Source of the DNA: Eledone cirrhosa
Lineage: Eukaryota
Reading direction: 5' to 3'
DNA length: 64,000 nt
NCBI GenBank assembly: GCA_964016885.1
Contig: OZ024744.1
Coordinates: 30,504,001 to 30,568,000, forward strand
The position numbers and the translations under genes are program-made. The notes beneath the pieces were generated by a model. That model was not told where the DNA came from. It did not search any database and saw only the letters and a program-made list of their open reading frames with translations. Shown here piece by piece: positions 40,901-54,360 of this stretch (positions within the stretch are counted from its first letter, which is position 1; each line of letters starts with the position of its first letter).

Positions 40901-43900
40901 ATAAACATTTTTTGATACCCAGATTCCTGATGATTTCTAAAGAATGAAACAGTTCTAGTCCTGTAGAATCTCATCTATATTAAAATTTTTGATACCCAGA
41001 TTCCTGATGATTTCTAAAGAATGAAACAGTTCTAGTCCTGTAGAATCTCATCTATATTAAAATTTTTGATACCCAGATTCCTGATGATTTCTAAAGAATG
41101 AAACAGTTCTAGTCCTGTAGAACCTCATCTATATTAAAATTTTTTGATACCCACATTCCTGATGATTTCTAAAGAATGAAACAGTTCTAGTCCTGTAGAA
41201 TCTCATCTATATTAACATTTTTGATACCCAGATTCCTGATGATTTCTAAAGAATGAAACAGTTTAAGTCCTGTAGAATCTCATCTATATTAAAATTCTTT
41301 GATACCCCCCAGATTCCTGATGATTTCTAAAGAATGAAACAGTTCTGGTCCTGTAGAATCTCATCTATATAAACATTTTTTGATACCCAGATTCCTGATG
41401 ATTTCTAAAGAATGAAACAGTTCTAGTCCTGCAGAATATCATCTATATTAACGTTTTTTGATAACCAGATTCCTGATGATTTCTAAAGAATGAAACAGTT
41501 CTAGTCCTGTAGAATCTCATCTATATTAACATTTTTTTATACCCAGATTCCTGATGATTTCTAAAGAATGAAACAGTTCTGGTCCTGTAGAATCTCATCT
41601 ATATAAACATTTTTTGATACCCTGATTCCTGATGATTTCTAAAGAATGAAACAGTTCTAGTCCTGCAGAATATCATCTATATTAACGTTTTTTGATACCC
41701 AGATTCCTGATGATTTCTAAAGAATGAAACAGTTCAAGTCCTGTAGAATCTCATCTATATTAACATTTTTGATACCCAGATTCCTGATGATTTCTAAACA
41801 ATGAAATAGTTCTAGTCCTGTAGAATCTCCTCTATATTAATATTTTTTGATACCCAGATTCCTGATGATTCCTAAAGAATGAAACAGTTCTAGTCCTGTA
41901 GAATCACATCTATATAAAAAAATGTTGATACCCAGATTCCTGATGATTTCTAAAGAATGAGACAGTTCTAGTCCAGTAGAATCTCATCTATATTAAAATT
42001 TTTTGATACCCAGATTCCTGATGATTTCGAAAGAATGAAACAGTTCTAGTCCTGTAGAATCTCATCTATATTAAACATTTTTTGATACCCAGATTCCTGA
42101 TGATTTCTAAAGAATGAAACAGTTGTAGTCCTGCTGAATCTCATCTATATTAAAAGTTTTTGATACTCAGATTCCTGATGATTTCTAAAGAATCAAACAG
42201 TTCTAGTCCTGCAGAATCTCATCTATATTAAAAATGTTTGATACCCAGATTGCTGATGATTTCTAAAGAATGAAACCATTCTAGTCCTGTAGAATCTCAT
42301 CTATATTAAAATTTTTTGCTACCCAGATTCCTGATGATTTCTAAAGAATGAAACAGTTCTAGTCCAGTAGAATCTCATCTTTATAAACATTTTTTGATAC
42401 CCAGATTCCTGATGATTTCTAAAGAATGAAACAGTTCTAGTCCAGTAGAATCTCATCTATATTAAACATTTTTGCTACCCAGATTCCTGATGATTTCTAA
42501 AGAATGAAACAGTTCTAGTCCAGTAGAATCTCATCTTTATAAACATTTTTTGATACCCAGATTCCTGATGATTTCTCAAGAATGAAACAGTTCTAGTCCT
42601 GTAGAATGTCATCTATATTAAAATTTTTGATACCCAGATTCCTGATGATTTCTAAAGAATGAAACAGTTCTAGTCCTGTAGAATCTCATCTATATTAACA
42701 TTTTTTGACACCCAGGTTCCTGATAATTTCTAAAGAATGAAACAGTTCAAGTCCTGTAGAATCTCATCTATATTAACATTTTTGATACCCAGATTCCTGA
42801 TGATTTCTAAAGAATGAAACAGTTTATGTCCTGTAGAATCTCATCTATATTAACATTTTTTGATACCCAGATTCCTGATGATTTCTAAAGAATGAAACAG
42901 TTCTAGTCCTGTAGAATCTCATCTATATTAATATTTTTTGATACCCTGATTCCTGATGATTTCTAAAGAATGAAACAGTTCTAGTCCTGCAGAATATCAT
43001 CTATATTAACGTTTTTTGATAACCAGATTCCTGATGATTTCTAAAGAATGAAACAGTTCTAGTCCTGTAGAATCTCATCTATATTAACATTTTTGATACC
43101 CAGATTCCTGATGATTTCTAAACAATGAAACAGTTCTAGTCCTGTAGAATCTCATCTATATTAATATTTTTTGATACCCAGATACCTGATGATTCCTAAA
43201 GAATGAAACAGTTCTAGTCCTGTAGAATCACATCTATATTAAAAATGTTTGATACCCAGATTGCTTATGATTTCTAAAGAATGAAACAGTTCTAGTCCTG
43301 TAGAATCTCATCTATATTAAAATTTTTGATACCCAGATTCCTGATGATTTCTAAAGAATGAAACAGTTCTAGTCCTGTAGAATCTCATCTATATTAAAAT
43401 TTTTGATACCCAGATTCCTGATGATTTCTAAAGAATGAAACAGTTCTAGTCCTGTAGAACCTCATCTATATTAAAATTTTTTGATACCCACATTCCTGAT
43501 GATTTCTAAAGAATGAAACAGTTCTAGTCCTGTAGAATCTCATCTATATTAACATTTTTTGATACCCAGATTCCTGATGATTTCTAAAGATTGAAACAGT
43601 TATAGTCCTTTAGAATCTCATCTCTATTAACATTTTTTGATACCCAGATTCCTGATGATTTCTAAAGAATGAAACAGTTCTAGTCTTGTAGAATATCATC
43701 TATATTAACATTTTCTGATACCCAGATTCCTGATGATTTCTAAAGAATGAAACAGTTCTAGTCCTGTAGAATCTCATCTATATTAACATTTTTTGATACG
43801 CAGATCCCTGATGATTTCTAAAGAATGAAACAGTTCTAGTCCTGTAGAATCTCATCTATATTAACATTTTTTGATACCCAGATTCCTGATGATTTCTAAA

Positions 43901-45389
43901 GATTGAAACAGTTATAGTCCTTTAGAATCTCATCTCTATTAACATTTTTTGATACCCAGATTCCTGATGATTTCTAAAGAATGAAACAGTTCTAGTCCTG
44001 TAGAACCTCATCTATATTAAAATTTTTTGATACCCACATTCCTGATGATTTCTAAAGAATGAAACAGTTCTAGTCCTGTAGAATCTCATCTATATTAACA
44101 TTTTTTGATACCCAGATTCCTGATGATTTCTAAAGAATGAAACAGTTCTAGTCCTGCAGAATATCATCTATATTAACGTTTTTTGATACCCAGATTCCTG
44201 ATGATTCCTAAAGAATGAAACAGTTCTAGTCCTGTAGAATCACATCTATATAAAAAAATTTTGATACCCAGATTCCTGATGATTTCTAAAGAATGAAACA
44301 GTTCTAGTCCTGTAGAATCTCATCTATATTAAAATTTTTTGATACCCAGATTCCAGATGATTTCATAAGAATGAAACAGTTCTAGTCCTGTAGAATCTCA
44401 TCTATATTAAACATTTTTTGATACCCAGATTCCTGATGATTTCTAAAGAATGAAACAGTTGTAGTCCTGCAGAATCTCATCTATATTAAAAGTTTTTGAT
44501 ACTCAGATTCCTGATGATTTCTAAAGAATGAAACAGTTCTAGTCCTGTAGAATCTCATCTATATTAAAAATGTTTGATACCCAGATTGCTGATGATTTCT
44601 AAAGAATGAAACTGTTCTAGTCCTGTAGAATCTCATCTATATAAAAAAAATTTTCCCGCCAGATTCCTGATGATTTCTAAAGAATGAAATAGTTCTAGTC
44701 CTGTAGAATCTCATCTATATTAAACATTTTTGATACCCAGATTCCTGATGATTTCTAAAGAATGAAACATTTCTAGTCCTGTCGAATCTCATGTATATTA
44801 AAATTTTTTGATACCCCCCAGATTCCTGATGATTTCTAAAGAATGAAACAGTTCTAGTCCTGTAGCATCTCATCTATATTAAAATTTTTGATACCCAGAT
44901 TCCTGATGATTTCTAAAGAATGAAACAGTTCTAGTCCTGTAGAGTCTCATCTATATTAACATTTTTTGATACCCAGATTCCTGATGATTTCTATAGAATG
45001 AAACAGTTCTAGTCCTGTAGAATCTCATCTATATAAAAAAATTTTGATACACAGATTCCTTATGATTTCTAAAGAATGAAACAGTTCTAGTCTGGTAGAA
45101 TCTCATCTATATTAACATTTTTTGATACCCAGATTCGTGATAATTTCTAAAGAATGAAACAGTTTTAGTCCTGTAGAATCTCATCTATATTAACATTTTT
45201 TGATACCCAGATTCCTGATGATTTCTAAAGAATGAAACAGTTCTAATCCTGTAGAATCTCATCTATATTAACATTTTTGACACACAGATACCTGATGATT
45301 TCTAAAGAATGAAACAGTTCTAGTCCTGTAGAATCTCTTCTATATTAAAATTTTTTGATACCCAGATTCGTGATAATTTCTAAAGAATG

Positions 45390-48300
45390 AAACAGTTCTA
45401 GTCCTGTAGAGTCTCATCTATATTAACATTTTTGGATACCCAAATTCCTGATGATTTCTATAGAATGAAACAGTTCTAGTCCTGTAGAATCTCATCTATA
45501 TAAAAAAATTTTGATACACAGATTCCTTATGATTTCTAAAGAATGAACAGTTCTAGTCCGGTAGAATCTCATCTATATGAACGTTTTTTGATACCCAGAT
45601 TCCTGATGATTTCTAAAGAATGAAACAGTTCTAGTCCGGTAGAATCGCATCTACATAAACATTTTTTGATACCCAGATTCATGATGATTTCTAAAGAATG
45701 AAACAGTTCTAGTCCTGTAGAATCTCATTTATATATTGACATTTTTTGATACGCAGATTCCTGATGATTTCTAAAGAATGAAACAGTTCTAGTCCTGTAG
45801 AATCTCATCTATATTAACATTTTTTGATACCCAGATACCTGAAGATTTCTAAAGAATGAAACAGTTCTAGTCCTGTAGAATCTCATCTATATTAAAATTT
45901 TTTGATACCCAGATTCCTGATGATTTCTAAAGAACGAAACAGTTCTAGTCCTGTAGAATCTCATCTTTATAAACATTTTTTGATACCCAGATTCCTGATG
46001 ATTTCTAAAGAATGAAACAGTTCTAGTCCTGTAGCATCTCATCTATATTAAAATTTTTGATACCCAGATTCCTGATGATTTCTAAAGAATGAAACAGTTC
46101 TAGTCCTGTAGAGTCTCATCTATATTAACATTTTTTGATACCCAGATTCCTGATGATTTCTATAGAATGAAACAGTTCTAGTCCTGTAGAATCTCATCTA
46201 TATAAAAAAATTTTGATACACAGATTCCTTATGATTTCTAAAGAATGAAACAGTTCTAGTCCGGTAGAATCTCATCTATATTAACATTTTTTGATACCCA
46301 GATTCGTGATAATTTCTAAAGAATGAAACAGTTTTAGTCCTGTAGAATCTCATCTATATTAACATTTTTAGATACCCAGATTCCTGATGATTTCTAAAGA
46401 ATGAAACAGTTCTAATCCTGTAGAATCTCATCTATATTAACATTTTTGACACCCAGATACCTGATGATTTCTAAAGAATGAAACAGTTCTAGTCCTGTAG
46501 AATCTCTTCTATATTAAAATTTTTTGATACCCAGATTCGTGATAATTTCTAAAGAATGAAACAGTTCTAGTCCTGTAGAGGCTCATCTATATTAACATTT
46601 TTTGATACCCAGATTGCTGATGATTCCTAAAGAATGAAACAGTTCTAGTCCTGTAGAATCACATCTATATTAAAAATGTTTGATACCCAGATTGCTTATG
46701 ATTTCTAAAGAATGAAACAGTTCTAGTCCTGTAGAATCTCATCTCTATTAACATTTTTTGATACCCAGATTCCTGATGATTTCTAAAGAATGAAACAGTT
46801 CTAGTCCTGTAGAACCTCATCTATATTAAAATTTTTTGATACCCACATTCCTGATGATTTCTAAAGAATGAAACAGTTCTAGTCCTGTAGAATCTCATCT
46901 ATATTAACATTTTTTGATACCCAGATTCCTGATGATTTCTAAAGAATGAAACAGTTCTAGTCCTGCAGAATATCATCTATATTAACGTTTTTTGATACCC
47001 AGATTCCTGATGATTCCTAAAGAATGAAACAGTTCTAGTCCTGTAGAATCACATCTATATAAAAAAATTTTGATACCCAGATTCCTGATGATTTCTAAAG
47101 AATGAAACAGTTCTAGTCCTGTAGAATCTCATCTATATTAACATTTTTTGATACCCAGATTCCTGATGATTTCATAAGAATGAAACAGTTCTAGTCCTGT
47201 AGAATCTCATCTATATTAAACATTTTTTGATACCCAGATTCCTGATGATTTCTAAAGAATGAAACAGTTGTAGTCCTGCAGAATCTACTCTATATTAAAA
47301 GTTTTTGATACTCAGATTCCTGATGATTTCTAAAGAATGAAACAGTTCTAGTCCTGTAGAATCTCATCTATATTAAAAATGTTTGATACCCTGATTGCTG
47401 ATGATTTCTAAAGAATGAAACTGTTCTAGTCCTGTAGAATCTCATCTATATAAAAAAAATTTTCTGCCCAGATTCCTGATGATTTCATAAGAATGAAACA
47501 GTTCTAGTCCTGTAGAGTCTCATCTATATTAACATTTTTGGATACCCAAATTCCTGATGATTTCTATAGAATGAAACAGTTCTAGTCCTGTAGAATCTCA
47601 TCTATATAAAAAAATTTTGATACACAGATTCCTTATGATTTCTAAAGAATGAACAGTTCTAGTCCGGTAGAATCTCATCTATATGAACGTTTTTTGATAC
47701 CCAGATTCCTGATGATATCTAAAGAATGAAACAGTTCTAGTCCGGTAGAATCGCATCTACATAAACATTTTTTGATACCCAGATTCATGATGATTTCTAA
47801 AGAATGAAACAGTTCTAGTCCTGTAGAATCTCATTTATATATTGACATTTTTTGATACGCAGATTCCTGATGATTTCTAAAGAATGAAACAGTTCTAGTC
47901 CTGTAGAATCTCATCTATATTAACATTTTTTGATACCCAGATACCTGAAGATTTCTAAAGAATGAAACATTTCTAGTCCTGTAGAATCTCATCTATATTA
48001 AAATTGTTTGATACCCCCCAGATTCCTGATGATTTCTAAAGAACGAAACAGTTCTAGTCCTGTAGAATCTCATCTTTATAAACATTTTTTGATACCCAGA
48101 TTCCTGATGATTTCTAAAGAATGAAACAGTTCTAGTCCTGTAGCATCTCATCTATATTAAAATTTTTGATACCCAGATTCCTGATGATTTCTAAAGAATG
48201 AAACAGTTCTAGTCCTGTAGAGTCTCATCTATATTAACATTTTTTGATACCCAGATTCCTGATGATTTCTATAGAATGAAACAGTTCTAGTCCTGTAGAA

Positions 48301-48850
48301 TCTCATCAATATAAAAAAATTTTGATACACAGATTCCTTATGATTTCTAAAGAATGAAACAGTTCTAGTCCGGTAGAATCTCATCTATATTAACATTTTT
48401 TGATACCCAGATTCGTGATAATTTCTAAAGAATGAAACAGTTTTAGTCCTGTAGAATCTCATCTATATTAACATTTTTTGATACCCAGATTCCTGATGAT
48501 TTCTAAAGAATGAAACAGTTCTAATCCTGTAGAATCTCATCTATATTAACATTTTTGACACCCAGATACCTGATGATTTCTAAAGAATGAAACAGTTCTA
48601 GTCCTGTAGAATCTCTTCTATATTAAAATTTTTTGATACCCAGATTCGTGATAATTTCTAAAGAATGAAACAGTTCTAGTCCTGTAGAGGCTCATCTATA
48701 TTAACATTTTTTGATACCCAGATTCCTGATGATTCCTAAAGAATGAAACAGTTCTAGTCCTGTAGAATCACATCTATATTAAAAATGTTTGATACCCAGA
48801 TTGCTTATGATTTCTAAAGAATGAAACAGTTCTAGTCCTGTAGAATCTCA
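45390..48850. repeat. Duplication with period 2106-2109 bp (27 monomers) containing second-subfamily monomers
   Basis: TTTGGATACCCAAA g45435/g47541, the 1-bp deletion GAATGAACAG 45541/47647, and GTAGAGGCTC 46581/48690. Confidence 0.8.
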
Positions 48851-51800
48851 TCTATATTAAAAATTTTTGCTACCCAGATTCCTGATGATTTCTAAAGAAT
48901 GAAACAGTTCTAGTCCTGTAGAATCTCATCTATATTAAAATTTTTTGATACCCCACAGATTCCTGATGATTTCTAAAGAACGAAACAGTTCTAGTCCTGT
49001 AGAATCTCATCTTTATAAACATTTTTTGATACCCAGATTCCTGATGATTTCTAAAGAATGAAACAGTTCTAGTCCTGTAGAATCTCATCTATATTAAAAT
49101 TTTTGATACCCAAATTCCTGATGATTTCTAAAGAATGAAACAGTTCTAGTCCTGTAGAATCTCATCTATATTAAAATTTTTGATACCCAGATTCCTGATG
49201 ATTTCTAAAGAATGAAACAGTTCTAGTCCTGTAGAACCTCATCTATATTAAAATTTTTTGATACCCACATTCCTGATGATTTCTAAAGAATGAAACAGTT
49301 CTAGTCCTGTAGAATCTCATCTATATTAACATTTTTGATACCCAGATTCCTGATGATTTCTAAAGAATGAAACAGTTTAAGTCCTGTAGAATCTCATCTA
49401 TATTAAAATTCTTTGATACCCCCCAGATTCCTGATGATTTCTAAAGAATGAAACAGTTCTGGTCCTGTAGAATCTCATCTATATAAACATTTTTTGATAC
49501 CCAGATTCCTGATGATTTCTAAAGAATGAAACAGTTCTAGTCCTGCAGAATATCATCTATATTAACGTTTTTTGATACCCAGATTCCTGATGATTTCTAA
49601 AGAATGAAACAGTTCAAGTCCTGTAGAATCTCATCTATATTAACATTTTTGATACCCAGATTCCTGATGATTTCTAAACAATGAAATAGTTCTAGTCCTG
49701 TAGAATCTCCTCTATATTAATATTTTTTGATACCCAGATTCCTGATGATTCCTAAAGAATGAAACAGTTCTAGTCCTGTAGAATCACATCTATATAAAAA
49801 AATTTTGATACCCAGATTCCTGATGATTTCTAAAGAATGAGACAGTTCTAGTCCAGTAGAATCTCATCTATATTAAAATTTTTTGATACCCAGATTCCTG
49901 ATGATTTCGAAAGAATGAAACAGTTCTAGTCCTGTAGAATCTCATCTATATTAAACATTTTTTGATACCCAGATTCCTGATGATTTCTAAAGAATGAAAC
50001 AGTTGTAGTCCTGCTGAATCTCATCTATATTAAAAGTTTTTGATACTCAGATTCCTGATGATTTCTAAAGAATCAAACAGTTCTAGTCCTGTAGAATCTG
50101 ATCTATATTAAAATTTTTGATACCCAGATTCCTGATGATTTCTAAAGAATGAAACAGTTCTAGTCCTGTAGAACCTCAGCTATATTAAAATTTTTTGATA
50201 CCCACATTCCTGATGATTTCTAAAGAATGAAACAGTTCTAGTCCTGTAGAATCTCATCTATATTAACATTTTTGATACCCAGATTCCTGATGATTTCTAA
50301 AGAATGAAACAGTTTAAGTCCTGTAGAATCTCATCTATATTAAAATTCTTTGATACCCCCCAGATTCCTGATGATTTCTAAAGAATGAAACAGTTCTGGT
50401 CCTGTAGAATCTCATCTATATAAACATTTTTTGATACCCAGATTCCTGATGATTTCTAAAGAATGAAACAGTTCTAGTCCTGCAGAATATCATCTATATT
50501 AACGTTTTTTGATAACCAGATTCCTGATGATTTCTAAAGAATGAAACAGTTCTAGTCCTGTAGAATCTCATCTATATTAACATTTTTTTATACCCAGATT
50601 CCTGATGATTTCTAAAGAATGAAACAGTTCTGGTCCTGTAGAATCTCATCTATATAAACATTTTTTGATACCCTGATTCCTGATGATTTCTAAAGAATGA
50701 AACAGTTCTAGTCCTGCAGAATATCATCTATATTAACGTTTTTTGATACCCAGATTCCTGATGATTTCTAAAGAATGAAACAGTTCAAGTCCTGTAGAAT
50801 CTCATCTATATTAACATTTTTGATACCCAGATTCCTGATGATTTCTAAACAATGAAATAGTTCTAGTCCTGTAGAATCTCCTCTATATTAATATTTTTTG
50901 ATACCCAGATTCCTGATGATTCCTAAAGAATGAAACAGTTCTAGTCCTGTAGAATCACATCTATATAAAAAAATTTTGATACCCAGATTCCTGATGATTT
51001 CTAAAGAATGAAACAGTTCTAGTCCTGTAGAATCTCATTTATATATTGACATTTTTTGATACGCAGATTCCTGATGATTTCTAAAGAATGAAACAGTTCT
51101 AGTCCTGTAGAATCTCATCTATATTAACATTTTTTGATACCCAGATACCTGAAGATTTCTAAAGAATGAAACATTTCTAGTCCTGTAGAATCTCATCTAT
51201 ATTAAAATTTTTTGATACCCCCCAGATTCCTGATGATTTCTAAAGAACGAAACAGTTCTAGTCCTGTAGAATCTCATCTTTATAAACATTTTTTGATACC
51301 CAGATTCCTGATGATTTCTAAAGAATGAAACAGTTCTAGTCCTGTAGCATCTCATCTATATTAAAATTTTTGATACCCAGATTCCTGATGATTTCTAAAG
51401 AATGAAACAGTTCTAGTCCTGTAGAGTCTCATCTATATTAACATTTTTTGATACCCAGATTCCTGATGATTTCTATAGAATGAAACAGTTCTAGTCCTGT
51501 AGAATCTCATCTATATAAAAAAATTTTGATACACAGATTCCTTATGATTTCTAAAGAATGAAACAGTTCTAGTCCGGTAGAATCTCATCTATATTAACAT
51601 TTTTTGATACCCAGATTCCTGATGATTTCTAAAGAAAGAAACAGTTCTAATCCTGTAGAATCTCATCTATATTAACATTTTTGACACCCAGATACCTGAT
51701 GATTTCTAAAGAATGAAACAGTTCTAGTCCTGTAGAATCTCTTCTATATTAAAATTTTTTGATACCCAGATTCGTGATAATTTCTAAAGAATGAAACAGT

Positions 51801-54360
51801 TCTAGTCCTGTAGAGGCTCATCTATATTAACATTTTTTGATACCCAGATTCCTGATGATTCCTAAAGAATGAAACAGTTCTAGTCCTGTAGAATCACATC
51901 TATATTAAAAATGTTTGATACCCAGATTGCTTATGATTTCTAAAGAATGAAACAGTTCTAGTCCTGTAGAATCTCATCTATATTAAAAATTTTTGCTACC
52001 CAGATTCCTGATGATTTCTAAAGAATGAAACAGTTCTAGTCCTGTAGAATCTCATCTATATTAAAATTTTTTGATACCCCACAGATTCCTGATGATTTCT
52101 AAAGAACGAAACAGTTCTAGTCCTGTAGAATCTCATCTTTATAAACATTTTTTGATACCCAGATTCCTGATGATTTCTAAAGAATGAAACAGTTCTAGTC
52201 CTGTAGAATCTCATCTATATTAAAATTTTTGATACCCAAATTCCTGATGATTTCTAAAGAATGAAACAGTTCTAGTCCTGTAGAATCTCATCTATATTAA
52301 AATTTTTGATACCCAGATTCCTGATGATTTCTAAAGAATGAAACAGTTCTAGTCCTGTAGAACCTCATCTATATTAAAATTTTTTGATACCCACATTCCT
52401 GATGATTTCTAAAGAATGAAACAGTTCTAGTCCTGTAGAATCTCATCTATATTAACATTTTTGATACCCAGATTCCTGATGATTTCTAAAGAATGAAACA
52501 GTTTAAGTCCTGTAGAATCTCATCTATATTAAAATTCTTTGATACCCCCCAGATTCCTGATGATTTCTAAAGAATGAAACAGTTCTGGTCCTGTAGAATC
52601 TCATCTATATAAACATTTTTTGATACCCAGATTCCTGATGATTTCTAAAGAATGAAACAGTTCTAGTCCTGCAGAATATCATCTATATTAACGTTTTTTG
52701 ATAACCAGATTCCTGATGATTTCTAAAGAATGAAACAGTTCTAGTCCTGTAGAATCTCATCTATATTAACATTTTTTTATACCCAGATTCCTGATGATTT
52801 CTAAAGAATGAAACAGTTCTGGTCCTGTAGAATCTCATCTATATAAACATTTTTTGATACCCTGATTCCTGATGATTTCTAAAGAATGAAACAGTTCTAG
52901 TCCTGCAGAATATCATCTATATTAACGTTTTTTGATACCCAGATTCCTGATGATTTCTAAAGAATGAAACAGTTCAAGTCCTGTTGAATCTCATCTATAT
53001 TAACATTTTTGATACCCAGATTCCTGATGATTTCTAAACAATGAAATAGTTCTAGTCCTGTAGAATCTCCTCTATATTAATATTTTTTGATACCCAGATT
53101 CCTGATGATTCCTAAAGAATGAAACAGTTCTAGTCCTGTAGAATCACATCTATATAAAAAAATTTTGATACCCAGATTCCTGATGATTTCTAAAGAATGA
53201 GACAGTTCTAGTCCAGTAGAATCTCATCTATATTAAAATTTTTTGATACCCAGATTCCTGATGATTTCGAAAGAATGAAACAGTTCTAGTCCTGTAGAAT
53301 CTCATCTATATTAAACATTTTTTGATACCCAGATTCCTGATGATTTCTAAAGAATGAAACAGTTGTAGTCCTGCTGAATCTCATCTATATTAAAAGTTTT
53401 TGATACTCAGATTCCTGATGATTTCTAAAGAATCAAACAGTTCTAGTCCTGTAGAATCTCATCTATATTAAAATTTTTGATACCCAGATTCCTGATGATT
53501 TCTAAAGAATGAAACAGTTCTAGTCCTGTAGAACCTCAGCTATATTAAAATTTTTTGATACCCACATTCCTGATGATTTCTAAAGAATGAAACAGTTCTA
53601 GTCCTGTAGAATCTCATCTATATTAACATTTTTGATACCCAGATTCCTGATGATTTCTAAAGAATGAAACAGTTTAAGTCCTGTAGAATCTCATCTATAT
53701 TAAAATTCTTTGATACCCCCCAGATTCCTGATGATTTCTAAAGAATGAAACAGTTCTGGTCCTGTAGAATCTCATCTATATAAACATTTTTTGATACCCA
53801 GATTCCTGATGATTTCTAAAGAATGAAACAGTTCTAGTCCTGCAGAATATCATCTATATTAACGTTTTTTGATAACCAGATTCCTGATGATTTCTAAAGA
53901 ATGAAACAGTTCTAGTCCTGTAGAATCTCATCTATATTAACATTTTTTTATACCCAGATTCCTGATGATTTCTAAAGAATGAAACAGTTCTGGTCCTGTA
54001 GAATCTCATCTATATAAACATTTTTTGATACCCTGATTCCTGATGATTTCTAAAGAATGAAACAGTTCTAGTCCTGCAGAATATCATCTATATTAACGTT
54101 TTTTGATACCCAGATTCCTGATGATTTCTAAAGAATGAAACAGTTCAAGTCCTGTAGAATCTCATCTATATTAACATTTTTGATACCCAGATTCCTGATG
54201 ATTTCTAAACAATGAAATAGTTCTAGTCCTGTAGAATCTCCTCTATATTAATATTTTTTGATACCCAGATTCCTGATGATTCCTAAAGAATGAAACAGTT
54301 CTAGTCCTGTAGAATCACATCTATATAAAAAAATTTTGATACCCAGATTCCTGATGATTT
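47800..54360. repeat. Tandem duplication, period 3126-3360 bp (~40-43 monomers, with whole-monomer indels)
   Basis: TATATTGAC g47844/g51048 (+3204), CCCAAATTCC c49111/c52237 (+3126), GAACCTCAGC 50171/53531 (+3360). Confidence 0.8.
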
